Assembly (NCBI GenBank): GCA_965242605.1
Contig: CBDESS010000004.1
Location: forward strand, 321,157 to 385,156
Direction of reading: 5' to 3'
Length of the DNA stretch: 64,000 nucleotides
Source of the DNA: an uncultured Candidatus Binatia bacterium
Lineage (GTDB): Bacteria; Desulfobacterota; Binatia; Bin18
How positions within the stretch are numbered: position 1 is the stretch's first letter; every line of letters starts with the position of its first letter. Position numbers and translations under genes: made by a program. This document shows, piece after piece, positions 19,950-28,714 of this stretch. The notes under the pieces are model-generated. The model saw only the letters and a program-made list of their open reading frames with translations. It was not told the DNA's origin and made no database searches.

Positions 19950-20279
19950 ATGGCAGACGATATCCTCAGCCAAATCGACCAGCACGTCAAAGACGCCCCG
20001 ATCCTCATCTTTATGAAGGGCAACCCGCAGTTGCCGATGTGCGGCTTCTCTGCGGCCACGATTCAGATCTTTGATTCGCTCGGCGTGCCCTACCAAACGG
20101 TTGATGTGCTCCAGAATCCCGCGGTTCGGGAGGGCATCAAGCGCTACTCCAACTGGCCGACCATCCCACAGGTGTACGTCAAAGGCGAGTTCATCGGCGG
20201 CTGCGATATTATCCAGGAGATGCACCAGAGCGGCGAGCTTGAGCCGGTCGTGCGGGCGGCCATTGAAGACGCCGGCTAA
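19950..20279 (+). CDS. grxD: Monothiol glutaredoxin (Grx4 family)
   Basis: [35 protein letters not shown]. Confidence 0.95.
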   Translation: MADDILSQIDQHVKDAPILIFMKGNPQLPMCGFSAATIQIFDSLGVPYQTVDVLQNPAVREGIKRYSNWPTIPQVYVKGEFIGGCDIIQEMHQSGELEPVVRAAIEDAG

Positions 20280-20378
20280 ACGCCGCGGCAGCGTCACGCC
20301 ACGACCCGCCTGGAAGGCAGCCCGTTATATCCGTCTCAAGCCTACGGTGACACGGACTGCCTCCCTGAGATACCGGTC

Positions 20379-20645
20379 ATGAAAAAATCGCAACAGTCTC
20401 ATTTTGAAGATGAACACAGGAAGAGGCCGGAAGCTTTCGAGGAGAAAACATGCAAAGCAATAAGGGCAGGTGAACTTACGCTCAACCAAAGCAGAAGACT
20501 ATTGAAGGATTGCACCACAGCCATTCACACACACCCTATGTATTGGGACAAGCATCTGATGAACAGGCCTGCGGATGCATCCGATCGTCCGATGTCGATG
20601 GCACAACGCTTTGTTCACACGGGAGGAAGTGGACATGACGTTTGA
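20379..20645 (+). CDS. Hypothetical short ORF, possibly a decayed HTH/transposase fragment
   Basis: More AT-rich stretch; RKRPEAFEEKTCKAIRAGELTLNQSRRLL weakly resembles an HTH N-terminus; no strong motif. Confidence 0.2.
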   Translation: MKKSQQSHFEDEHRKRPEAFEEKTCKAIRAGELTLNQSRRLLKDCTTAIHTHPMYWDKHLMNRPADASDRPMSMAQRFVHTGGSGHDV

Positions 20646-20789
20646 TGGCGAACAGCACTCACGGTGAAATGAAGTGACGAAATGAGTCAAACTTTGCTCC
20701 CCAACTTCAGCGCCTCAGTCCAGAATGCACAGAGCAGCGACAAAACCGGAATCCTGCCTGGCCTGACCACGTTCTTCAGAGGAAACCGA

Positions 20790-21590
20790 ATGCCCAACCG
20801 CCCCCGTCTCCCCGTATGCGCCGCGCTCCTGACCCTCTTGCTGGCCGCCTCACCGGCTCCTGCCGCCCTTGTGGACTGGAGTACGACCGAGTTGCACTTT
20901 CAGTACGGGCATCTCGAAAACCCGTTCTCGGACCTCAACGATGACACCTTCATCCTCACCCTCCAGAACGCCCTGGGCTGGAAGTATGGCGAGAGCTTCT
21001 TCTTTGCCGACTTCATTGAAGACGTCGAGGGAGACAACTTCAACGATACCGACCTGTACTTTGAGTGGTACCCGAGCTTCAGCCTCGGCAAGCTGACCGG
21101 CAGGCAGCTCGGCCTCGGGCCGGTCAAGGACTTCTCGCTGCTTTTCGGCCTCAACGTCAGCATAGATGCCAAGGTCATCAAATATCTGCCCGGCCTGCGC
21201 GTCGCCTGGAATCTGCCGGGTTTTGCGTTTCTGAATACCGAGCTGGCCGCCTATATCGACGACAGCCGGGGCGTCTCACGCGGCGGTGCGCCCAAAGAGA
21301 GCGACAGCTTCATGCTTGACATCAACTGGGCCTACCCTTTCAGTATTGGTGGCCTGTCTTTTTCAATCGAGGGGCACGCCGAGTACATAGACGGCCGGAC
21401 TAACGAGTTCGGCAACCGGGTCAAAAGCTGGATTCTGGCCCAGCCGCAGCTCCGGCTGGACCTGGGCGAGGCGCTGCTGGGGGTGGCCAACCGGGTCTTT
21501 ATCGGCCTGGAGTATCAGTACTGGATGAACAAGCTGGGCACGGAGAACGACGAGAGCGTTCCACAGTTCCTGCTGGTGTGGCGGTTCTGA
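20790..21590 (+). CDS. Tsx-like (nucleoside-binding) outer-membrane beta-barrel protein
   Basis: Signal peptide, WSTTELHFQYG, LTLQNALGWKYGESFFFAD, alternating beta-strands, C-terminal aromatic VWRF. Confidence 0.75.
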   Translation: MPNRPRLPVCAALLTLLLAASPAPAALVDWSTTELHFQYGHLENPFSDLNDDTFILTLQNALGWKYGESFFFADFIEDVEGDNFNDTDLYFEWYPSFSLGKLTGRQLGLGPVKDFSLLFGLNVSIDAKVIKYLPGLRVAWNLPGFAFLNTELAAYIDDSRGVSRGGAPKESDSFMLDINWAYPFSIGGLSFSIEGHAEYIDGRTNEFGNRVKSWILAQPQLRLDLGEALLGVANRVFIGLEYQYWMNKLGTENDESVPQFLLVWRF

Positions 21591-21591
21591 C

Positions 21592-22554
21592 TCAGGGCGT
21601 GACCGCCACCCCCCAGGGGACATTGCCGACCGCAATTGTCTTCACCAACGTATCGGTCGTGGTATCGATCACGGCCAGGCCGTCAGACCGGCCCATTGTG
21701 GCGTAGAGCTTCTTGCCATCCGGAGTCAGGGCCGACCACCAGCACCGCTGGCCGCCCAGCGGGATGATCTTAGTCACCCGTTTGGTCTGTGGGTCAATCA
21801 CTCGCACGTCATTGGCCCGGCCATGCACCACATAGACTTTTGAGCCGTCCGGCAGCACCGAGAGGCCGACTGGCCGCTCGCCCATAGCAATGGTGTCGGT
21901 CACGGCCAGCTTGGCGACATCAATCACCGCCACCGTATTGCTGCGCTCGCTGCTCACATAGGCGGTGCTGCCGTCGGGTAGAAACGCCACCCCGCGCGGG
22001 TTCTCGCCGACCTCGATCGAAGTCAGGACCTTGTGGGTCCGGGCGTCAATGACGGTGACATCGTGGGAGGTTTCATTCGGCACAAAGGCCAGCCGGCCGT
22101 CCGGCGAGAGCACTACTGTTTCCGGCTCGATGCCGGCCCGGACGGTGGCGAGCACGTTCTTGGTGGCCAGCTCAACGACACGCATCACGCCCTCGTTCTC
22201 ATTGACCACAAAGAGCAGGCTTCCGTCGTGACTCAGGTCAATGCCTTCGGGGTCAATGCCGACCGGAAAGGTCTCCACGACGGTGTTGGTTTCGGAGTCA
22301 ATGACCGAGATATCGTTCGAGTTGCCGTTGGCGGCGTACACCCGTTTGCCGTCCGCCGACACCACAAGCCCGCGGGGCCGGTCGCCGACTGCAACTTTGG
22401 CCACCACCTCGTCGGTCTGGGTGTTGATGACCCATACGTCGTTTGACTTTTCGTGGCTGACATAGGCAAAGGGCTGGGCCGCGGCCGAGGAAGACAGGGC
22501 CCATGTCACAAGGCACAGGGCAACAGTGAGAAGTGGTGCAGTCAGGCCGGTCAT
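21592..22554 (-). CDS. YVTN-repeat beta-propeller protein (PQQ-catabolism associated type)
   Basis: Signal peptide plus repeated blades (AYVSHEKSNDVWVID, VGDRPRGLVVSADG, VGENPRGVAFLPDG, VGNVPWGVAV). Confidence 0.88.
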   Translation of the reverse strand: MTGLTAPLLTVALCLVTWALSSSAAAQPFAYVSHEKSNDVWVINTQTDEVVAKVAVGDRPRGLVVSADGKRVYAANGNSNDISVIDSETNTVVETFPVGIDPEGIDLSHDGSLLFVVNENEGVMRVVELATKNVLATVRAGIEPETVVLSPDGRLAFVPNETSHDVTVIDARTHKVLTSIEVGENPRGVAFLPDGSTAYVSSERSNTVAVIDVAKLAVTDTIAMGERPVGLSVLPDGSKVYVVHGRANDVRVIDPQTKRVTKIIPLGGQRCWWSALTPDGKKLYATMGRSDGLAVIDTTTDTLVKTIAVGNVPWGVAVTP

Positions 22555-22566
22555 TGCGCTCCCCTC

Positions 22567-22983
22567 CTATTCGTGGGCAGATACGGTGACGGTTTTTTGA
22601 TCCACGGCCGCGCTGCCCTCTTCGCAGCGCGAAGCGGATTTCACATAGGCTACAATCTGCCACAACAGGTCGTCGGGCAACTGGCCCCTGAAGGGTACCA
22701 TCTCGGTGTTGGGCACGCCGTCGAGCAGGACTTGGAACATCTCGGCGTCGCTGCTGCCGTTCTTCCACTCGCAGTCAAACAGGTCCGGGCATTTGGCGTC
22801 ACGCTGGCTGTCCGGGACGACATGGCAGTAGCCGGTACACACGGCCTGAAACAGGGCTTCGCCCTCAGCAATGGCGTCCGCATCACCGGCAAACGGATTG
22901 GTCTCCTGGCCGAGGGCCGGCCCTGTTGCAACATTGAAAAGACTCCACACCAGGAAAGAGAAACCAGTCACCAGACGACTCAT
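22567..22983 (-). CDS. Periplasmic c-type cytochrome, likely electron acceptor of the PQQ dehydrogenase
   Basis: Signal peptide, NPFAGDADAIAEGEALF, atypical CTGYCH heme motif, GVPNTEMVPF distal Met. Confidence 0.85.
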   Translation of the reverse strand: MSRLVTGFSFLVWSLFNVATGPALGQETNPFAGDADAIAEGEALFQAVCTGYCHVVPDSQRDAKCPDLFDCEWKNGSSDAEMFQVLLDGVPNTEMVPFRGQLPDDLLWQIVAYVKSASRCEEGSAAVDQKTVTVSAHE

Positions 22984-22998
22984 ATGCGCTCCCTCGGG

Positions 22999-23907
22999 TC
23001 AGCGATTGCTCAGTGAGTGAAACATGAGCTGCTGCATCTCGGCAAAACTGTATGTGGTGGCAAAAGGACGGTGGGCGGGAATCCCATATTTTTCGAGCAA
23101 ACGGGTGAGGGCACCGGCTTCTGCCAGGCGGCTGAGCGCGGCGTCAATGGCTTGGCGCAGCTCAGCATCGTCTTTGCGGGTGGCAACCGATTCGTTCCAG
23201 CGCACTACGCTGGGCGGCTCAAGCGTAGTGACAAGCTGGAGGGGCAGCCCGGGATGGGCGCGCAAGTGCCAGCCCGCTTTTGGCCCCCAGACCAGGGCGG
23301 CGGCTGCTTTGCCGCTGCTGACCGCGGCGAGCGCCTCTTGGAGAGAAAAGGTGGTAAAGGTCTGGATGCGCCGGGCGCTCAGCATGAAATGCGCAATCGT
23401 TTGGGCCCGAACCGCAACTGGCCGCTCTCCGATATCGTCCAGGCTGCGGGGGCTGTTTGCAGCCGGCCCAGCCAACTCAAAGCCGGCCCCGTAGTACGGC
23501 TCTCCGACTACCAGCGCCGGCGCTTCGTTCAGCGCGTCTTGGCCCGGCACGCTGAAAATCGCGTCACACTGGCCGCGCGACAGCCGGAAGACGGGCAGGT
23601 CGGTCTCGTCAATCTCGGTGACCCGGGTGTCGTGGGCAACCCAGACCGGCTGAAACCGGCGTCCCAGTGACTCGGCAACCGCCCGGGCGGTCTCAAGGTC
23701 AAAACCGCTCTCGTCGGCCTGCCAGGAGTAGGGCGGATTATTGGCCAGCAAACACACCCGGAGAACCGGCCTGTCTTGGCCAGACACCGCACCCACACTC
23801 AGGGCAAGGAGCCAGACGGTGCCGAACAATCTCGTCATGCTCGTCATGGCCGGGCGGGGGCTTTGTCCAAACGCGGCCCGCGGCCACCCTCTACTGGCCC
23901 TGGTCAT
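22999..23907 (-). CDS. Quinoprotein-dehydrogenase-associated substrate-binding protein (MoxJ/XoxJ-like)
   Basis: LRVCLLANNPPYS, GFDLETARAVA, PYYGAGF, LVWGPKAGW, LLEKYGIP; located between the ADH and cytochrome genes; alternative start at 23847. Confidence 0.82.
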   Translation of the reverse strand: MTRASRGWPRAAFGQSPRPAMTSMTRLFGTVWLLALSVGAVSGQDRPVLRVCLLANNPPYSWQADESGFDLETARAVAESLGRRFQPVWVAHDTRVTEIDETDLPVFRLSRGQCDAIFSVPGQDALNEAPALVVGEPYYGAGFELAGPAANSPRSLDDIGERPVAVRAQTIAHFMLSARRIQTFTTFSLQEALAAVSSGKAAAALVWGPKAGWHLRAHPGLPLQLVTTLEPPSVVRWNESVATRKDDAELRQAIDAALSRLAEAGALTRLLEKYGIPAHRPFATTYSFAEMQQLMFHSLSNR

Positions 23908-25706
23908 TCTTCACCTTCGGGGAGGGCGAACACAAACAGGGCGCTGCCTTTGGACGCCAGCGGGTTCTCGCCAACCAGAGATACGGCCAAGCCACCGCCG
24001 CCGCTCGGAATCGCTACATATTGACGCCCGTTGACCTTGTAGGTCGCCGGCTGGCCACGCACGGTTGAGCCGGTCTGGAACTTCCACAGCAGCTCGCCCG
24101 TGGTGTCGTCAAACGCCAGCGCATAGCCCTTTTGGTCGCCGGTAAACACCAAGCCGCCGGCGGTGGCCATCGTGCCGCCGACCAGGGGATAGTCGTCTTT
24201 GTAGCGCCACTTGACCGCTCCGCTCGACACGTCAATCGCGGACAGGTGGCCGTAGGACGACCCGTCGTCGGCCTGCGTCTTGCCAGGCCCGCCGCCCCAG
24301 AAGGGGATGCCCTGAATAAAGGTGGCCGCGCCTTTGGTCATCTGCCAGCAACTCTCGACTACCGGCAGGTACATGTACTTGGTGATGGGGCTGTAAGCCG
24401 CGGTCCACGAGCCGTTTTTGCCGCCGACCGAGCCGGGGCAGATAAAGTTGCCGGCCTCCTTGGTCGGGACGTAGTCGGGGTTCACAATTGGACGGCCTTG
24501 CTCGTCAAGGCCCTTGGCCCAGTTGAGCTGTTCCACATACTGCGAGCCATGCAGAAACTCGCCCGAGCTGCGGTCAAGCACATACAGGTAGCCGTTGCGG
24601 TTGGGCTGGGCCAGGGCTTTGACGGTCTTCCCGCTCCGCTCAACGTCAATCAGAAACAGGTCGGTATTCCCGTCGTAGTCCCAGATGTCGTGTGGCGTGA
24701 ACTGGAAATACCACTTGATCGCGCCGGTTTCCGGCTCCAGGGCCAGCACCGAGTCGGTGTACAGATTATCCCCCTCGCGGACATCGCCGTTCCAGTCGGG
24801 GGACGGGTTGCCGGTCGCCCAGAAAATCAGGTCCTGCTCAGGGTCATAGGAGCCGGTTATCCAGGTCGGCCCGCCGCCGATTTTCCACGAGTCGCCGGAC
24901 CAGGTTTCGGACCCGGGCTCATCCGCGCCCGGGGTGGTATAGCGACGCCACTTGCGCTCTCCGGTCTGCGCGGCGTAGGCGTCCACATAGCCCCGAATGC
25001 CGTACTCGCCACCGGCAATTCCGACGATGACCTTGTCCTTGACGATGAGGGGCGCGGCGGTTGCGCTATAGCCCTTGCGGTAATCGTCGATCTCGGTCTG
25101 CCAGACCAGGGTACCGGTCTGGGCCTGGAGGGCGACGAGGCGGGCGTCGAGGGTGGCCATAAAGACTGTGTCGCCGCTGATCGCCACGCCCCGGTTGCCG
25201 GGGCCGCAGCACACCCGCATATCGCCCGGCAGGGGGTGGTCATAGCGCCACAGCATCTCGCCCGTTTCGGCATTCAGCGCATACACATGGTTGAAGGCGG
25301 CCGTCATGTACATGATGCCGTCAGCCACAACCGGCGAGGCCTGGAACTGGGCCGGAACCCCGGTTTGAAACATCCACGCCGCCTGGAGTTTTTGCACATT
25401 GGCGCGGTTGATATCGGTCAGCGGGCTGAAGCGGGTGCTGTCATAGCTGCCGCCGTACATCAGCCAGGCCGAGGGGTCTTGGGTGCCCTTGAGCAGGCGG
25501 GCGTGGGTAACTGGCTTAAAATCACCGAACTGGGTCGCACCGTTTTGGGCCGGCGCTGCTGGGGCCGAGGCTGGGGCGGCAGCCGGGGTCGGCTCAGGTG
25601 TGTCGGCTCTTCCGCCTGCGGCAGACGCCTCACCTGCGACAACAGGCAAGAGCGTGCTGGCGGCGACCGTGCTGCGCAGCAGCTTTTGCAGACCTGTGTA
25701 TGGCAT
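23904..25706 (-). CDS. PQQ-dependent alcohol dehydrogenase 1, lanthanide-type motif
   Basis: RFSPLTDIN, vicinal CCG, GGEYGIRG, TGNPSP, HDIWDYDG, PQQ W-motifs; AGGAGG RBS. Confidence 0.93.
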   Translation of the reverse strand: MPYTGLQKLLRSTVAASTLLPVVAGEASAAGGRADTPEPTPAAAPASAPAAPAQNGATQFGDFKPVTHARLLKGTQDPSAWLMYGGSYDSTRFSPLTDINRANVQKLQAAWMFQTGVPAQFQASPVVADGIMYMTAAFNHVYALNAETGEMLWRYDHPLPGDMRVCCGPGNRGVAISGDTVFMATLDARLVALQAQTGTLVWQTEIDDYRKGYSATAAPLIVKDKVIVGIAGGEYGIRGYVDAYAAQTGERKWRRYTTPGADEPGSETWSGDSWKIGGGPTWITGSYDPEQDLIFWATGNPSPDWNGDVREGDNLYTDSVLALEPETGAIKWYFQFTPHDIWDYDGNTDLFLIDVERSGKTVKALAQPNRNGYLYVLDRSSGEFLHGSQYVEQLNWAKGLDEQGRPIVNPDYVPTKEAGNFICPGSVGGKNGSWTAAYSPITKYMYLPVVESCWQMTKGAATFIQGIPFWGGGPGKTQADDGSSYGHLSAIDVSSGAVKWRYKDDYPLVGGTMATAGGLVFTGDQKGYALAFDDTTGELLWKFQTGSTVRGQPATYKVNGRQYVAIPSGGGGLAVSLVGENPLASKGSALFVFALPEGEE

Positions 25707-25724
25707 AGGTTTTTCCTCCTGTGG

Positions 25725-25764
25725 GCGACAAAGCCCCGACTGAATGCGCTCAGGGCTTTGTCGC
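25725..25764. promoter_or_regulatory. 12-bp perfect inverted repeat just upstream of the ADH1 RBS, at the array boundary
   Basis: GCGACAAAGCCC (25725-25736) and GGGCTTTGTCGC (25753-25764). Confidence 0.6.
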
Positions 25765-25839
25765 GGTCAGGCACAAAAGGCAGTCCTCGGACGGGAAGAG
25801 CGCAAGGGGCAACGGCCCCCCCGCCCCAGGAGACCCCCG

Positions 25840-27843
25840 TCAGTCCTCTGGATCTGGATCGAAGTGGGTGCTTTCCTCCTGGTTCTTGCCCGCACTGGGG
25901 ATGCTGCTCCGCCTCCCGCTGGCCAGGTTGTTATACCCCCCGCTCACGCTCGCATGAAAGCCACGCGCTTCGTTGTCGAGACCCCCAACCACACTCGCAT
26001 GCCAGCCGCTCGCCAAGTTGTTTTTCCCCCCAAGCACGCTCGCAAACGTTTCACTCGCTTCGTTGTTGTCGCCCCCAACCACGCTCGTTAAGTTCACCGT
26101 GCTCGCGTTGTTCCGGCCCCCAAGCACGCTCGCATAATTCCCCTCGATAGTGTTCCCTAAGCCCACCACCAAGCCACCGTGACCGCTGTACACATGCTCG
26201 GGGCCAATCACCACGTTGTGCGAGCCGGTACGATCATTGCGGCCCTCGGTCCGGGTCAGGGGGGTCGCCTCACCAAGAAGGTCAAAGGTGCCATCTTCGT
26301 TGTAGCCCACGATCAGGTTGCCGAGCCCGTTGGTGATAGAGGTTGACTCGAAGCTGTTCCCGTTGCGGATGTGGATGTTGCAGCCCTCGAAGACCACATC
26401 CGCCGTGGTCTGGCCGGTCACGGCTTCGGTGGTCAGACAGGCAGGCCAGAGGTGGCGGAAGTCAGCCACGCCGGTCACGGTCACGCCGCTGCCCCCGCTC
26501 ACAACGCTGCCCTTAGTGCTGGTAGCCATGTTCAGCAGACCCCCGAGCACGCTGGCAGCTTTGCTGCTGGCTATGTTCCGATCACCCCCGTTCACGCTGG
26601 CCGCCCGACCGCTGGCAGCGTTGTTCGAGCCCCCGCTCACGCTGGCGTGAGAGCCACGGGCCCTGTTGTTGATACCCCCGCTCACGCTGGCGTTATAATT
26701 CTCGGCCCTGTTCAACCGGCCCCCGCTCACGCTGGCGTTATTGAAGCTGGCCGTGTTGACATGGCCCCCGCTCACGCTGGCCTCCCTACCGCTGGCCCTG
26801 TTGCCCCCGCCGCCGCTCACGCTGGCGTTAGAACCACTGGCCTCGTTGCTCGAGCCCCCGCTCACGCTGGACGTCCCGCCGCTGGCCTCGTTGCGATGGC
26901 CCCCGCTCACGCTGGCTTTCCAACCACTGGCCTCGTTGCTCGAGCCCCCGCTCACGCTGGCTCTAGAACCGCTGGCCTCGTTGCGATAGCCCCCGCTCAC
27001 GCTGGCCTGAGGGCCACTGGCCGTGTTCTCCTGGCCCCCGCTCACGCTCGACCTGCTGCTAGTCGCCGTGTTGACATCGCCCCCGCTCACGCTGGACGCC
27101 CAGCCACTGGCCGTGTTCCGACGGCCGCCGCTCACGCTGGCATACCCACCGCTGGCCTCGTTTTCTACGCCCCCGCTCACGCTGGCCTGATGGTTGCTGG
27201 CCGTGTTGCGATAGCCCCCGCTCACACTGGCCGCCCAGCCAGCGGCCGTGTTGGCCTGGCCGCCGCTCACGCTGGACATCCCGCCAGTGGCCGTGTTGCG
27301 ATAGCCCCCGCTCACACTGGCCGCCCAGCCAGCGGCCGCGTTCTGCCGACCCCCGCTCACGCTGGCCATATTGGTATGGCGGGAGATAACGTTATCCCAC
27401 CCCGCCACCAACCCCCCAGAACTGGGGTACTGATGATAATTCCCGACCACCAGGTTGTGCGAACCGCCCCGCCGGGCCGTGTCCGCCGTCGGGTGGGTGT
27501 TCGCCTCGTTGTAGCCGATAATCAGGTTGCCCAGCCCCAGCGGCTCGGAGCGCCACTCGTTGTCGACGGTCCGCCCTTTATAGGTCACGCCCGACCCGCT
27601 GCGGATATGGACATTGGCCCCGGTGAACACCACATGCGGGCCTTTGAGGCCGTGGTAGGTGCTCGTGGCCGCAGTCTCAATGACCTGAATGTAACGGGTC
27701 AGGGGAGTCAGCCTGTTGACTTCGGCCTGTAAGGCCGCCACCTGGGTCGCTAGCTCCGCCAGGGTGGGCGTCTGGCCCCAGCCCGGACTGGCAGCCAGAA
27801 GGACGGTACACAGAGACGAACAACAGAGGATAAGACGCTGCAT
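25840..27843 (-). CDS. Secreted 15-aa-repeat (SVSGGxxNxAxG) beta-solenoid-like protein, copy A (667 aa)
   Basis: GAAAGGAG RBS; MQRLILCC signal peptide, short coiled coil, GLGNLIIGYNE module, 15-aa repeats, second GNLIVGYNED module, ends STHFDPDPED. Confidence 0.88.
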   Translation of the reverse strand: MQRLILCCSSLCTVLLAASPGWGQTPTLAELATQVAALQAEVNRLTPLTRYIQVIETAATSTYHGLKGPHVVFTGANVHIRSGSGVTYKGRTVDNEWRSEPLGLGNLIIGYNEANTHPTADTARRGGSHNLVVGNYHQYPSSGGLVAGWDNVISRHTNMASVSGGRQNAAAGWAASVSGGYRNTATGGMSSVSGGQANTAAGWAASVSGGYRNTASNHQASVSGGVENEASGGYASVSGGRRNTASGWASSVSGGDVNTATSSRSSVSGGQENTASGPQASVSGGYRNEASGSRASVSGGSSNEASGWKASVSGGHRNEASGGTSSVSGGSSNEASGSNASVSGGGGNRASGREASVSGGHVNTASFNNASVSGGRLNRAENYNASVSGGINNRARGSHASVSGGSNNAASGRAASVNGGDRNIASSKAASVLGGLLNMATSTKGSVVSGGSGVTVTGVADFRHLWPACLTTEAVTGQTTADVVFEGCNIHIRNGNSFESTSITNGLGNLIVGYNEDGTFDLLGEATPLTRTEGRNDRTGSHNVVIGPEHVYSGHGGLVVGLGNTIEGNYASVLGGRNNASTVNLTSVVGGDNNEASETFASVLGGKNNLASGWHASVVGGLDNEARGFHASVSGGYNNLASGRRSSIPSAGKNQEESTHFDPDPED

Positions 27844-27893
27844 CACGCGCTCCTTTCGACTCCCACAGGGGCAAGCGAGAATAGAATGGTGCA

Positions 27894-27965
27894 CCTGTAC
27901 TGTCATCCTGCCGGACTGTCAAGGCAGGGCCGGGGGTGGCTGGCCAGCCGGGTTGCTCCGGCAGG
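27894..27965 (-). promoter_or_regulatory. Sigma70-like promoter with operator-like palindrome, repeated before every array unit (copy A shown)
   Basis: Minus-strand TTGACA at 27922-27917, N17, TACAGG; CCTGCC-N10-GGCAGG brackets the -35. Equivalent -35 boxes at 28560, 30700, 32888, 35155, 37163, 37807 and 39946. Confidence 0.65.
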
Positions 27966-28049
27966 TGAAGCGGTCAGGCACGCAGGGCAGCCCCCGGACG
28001 GGGAGAGCGCGAGGGGCACGGCTCTTCGCCCCAGGAGACCCCAGCAGGG

Positions 28050-28489
28050 CTAGAGGTCGCTGCTGGCCGTCTGGTTCTTGCCCCCACTGATGCTGCTCTG
28101 CTTCCCGATCGCCGTGTTGTTGTGGCCCCCGCTCACGCTCGCATGGTCCCCCCGCGCTTCGTTCTCAGGTTGCCCAGCCCCAGAGGCTCGGAGCGCCACT
28201 TGTTGTCGACGGTCCGCCCTTTATTAGGTCACGCCCGACCCGCTGCGGATATGGACATTGGCCCCGGTGAACACCACAGGCGGGCCGTTGAGGCCGTGGT
28301 AGGTGCTCGTGGCCGCAGTCTCGATGACCTGAATGTAGCGGGTCGGGGGAGTCAGCTGTTGACTGCGGCCTGTAAGGCCGCCACCTGGGTCGCTAGCTCC
28401 GCCAGGGTAGGCGTTTGGCCCCAGCCCGGACTGGCAGTCAGCAGGACAGTACACAACGACGAACAACAGAGGATGAGCCGACGCGTCAC
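28050..28489 (-). pseudogene. Internally deleted array remnant R1
   Basis: ATG changed to ACG, 1-nt deletion in the AVNRLT codons, extra T creating a stop, and N-module (GLGNL) fused to the last repeats (ENEARGDH...TASSDL) at about 28165. Confidence 0.85.
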
Positions 28490-28714
28490 GCGCTCCTTTC
28501 GGCCCCCACAGGGGCAAGCGAGAACAGAACGGCGCGCCTGTACCGTCGTCCTGCCGGCCTGTCAAGGCAGGGCCGGGGGTGCCTGGCCAGCCGGGTTGCT
28601 CCGGCAGGCGAAGCGGTCAGGCACGCAGGGCTTTTTCACGGTCAGGCACAAAAGGCAGTCCTCGGACGGGAAGAGCGCAAGGGGCAACGGCTCCCCCGCC
28701 CCGGGAGACCCCCG

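Noticed and set aside
20379-20645. Insertion sequence
   Set aside because: Only a weak HTH-like resemblance; no DDE domain, terminal inverted repeats or target duplication found
23904-25706. Naming ADH1 or ADH2 xoxF, exaF or pedH
   Set aside because: Motifs support the family and metal type but not clade or substrate; a phylogeny is needed
24132-26150. 672-aa plus-strand ORF, and similar long antisense ORFs (1449-2957, 4636-5610, 8446-9429, 17131-18141, 48159-49043)
   Set aside because: They overlap well-supported genes on the opposite strand and lack recognisable motifs
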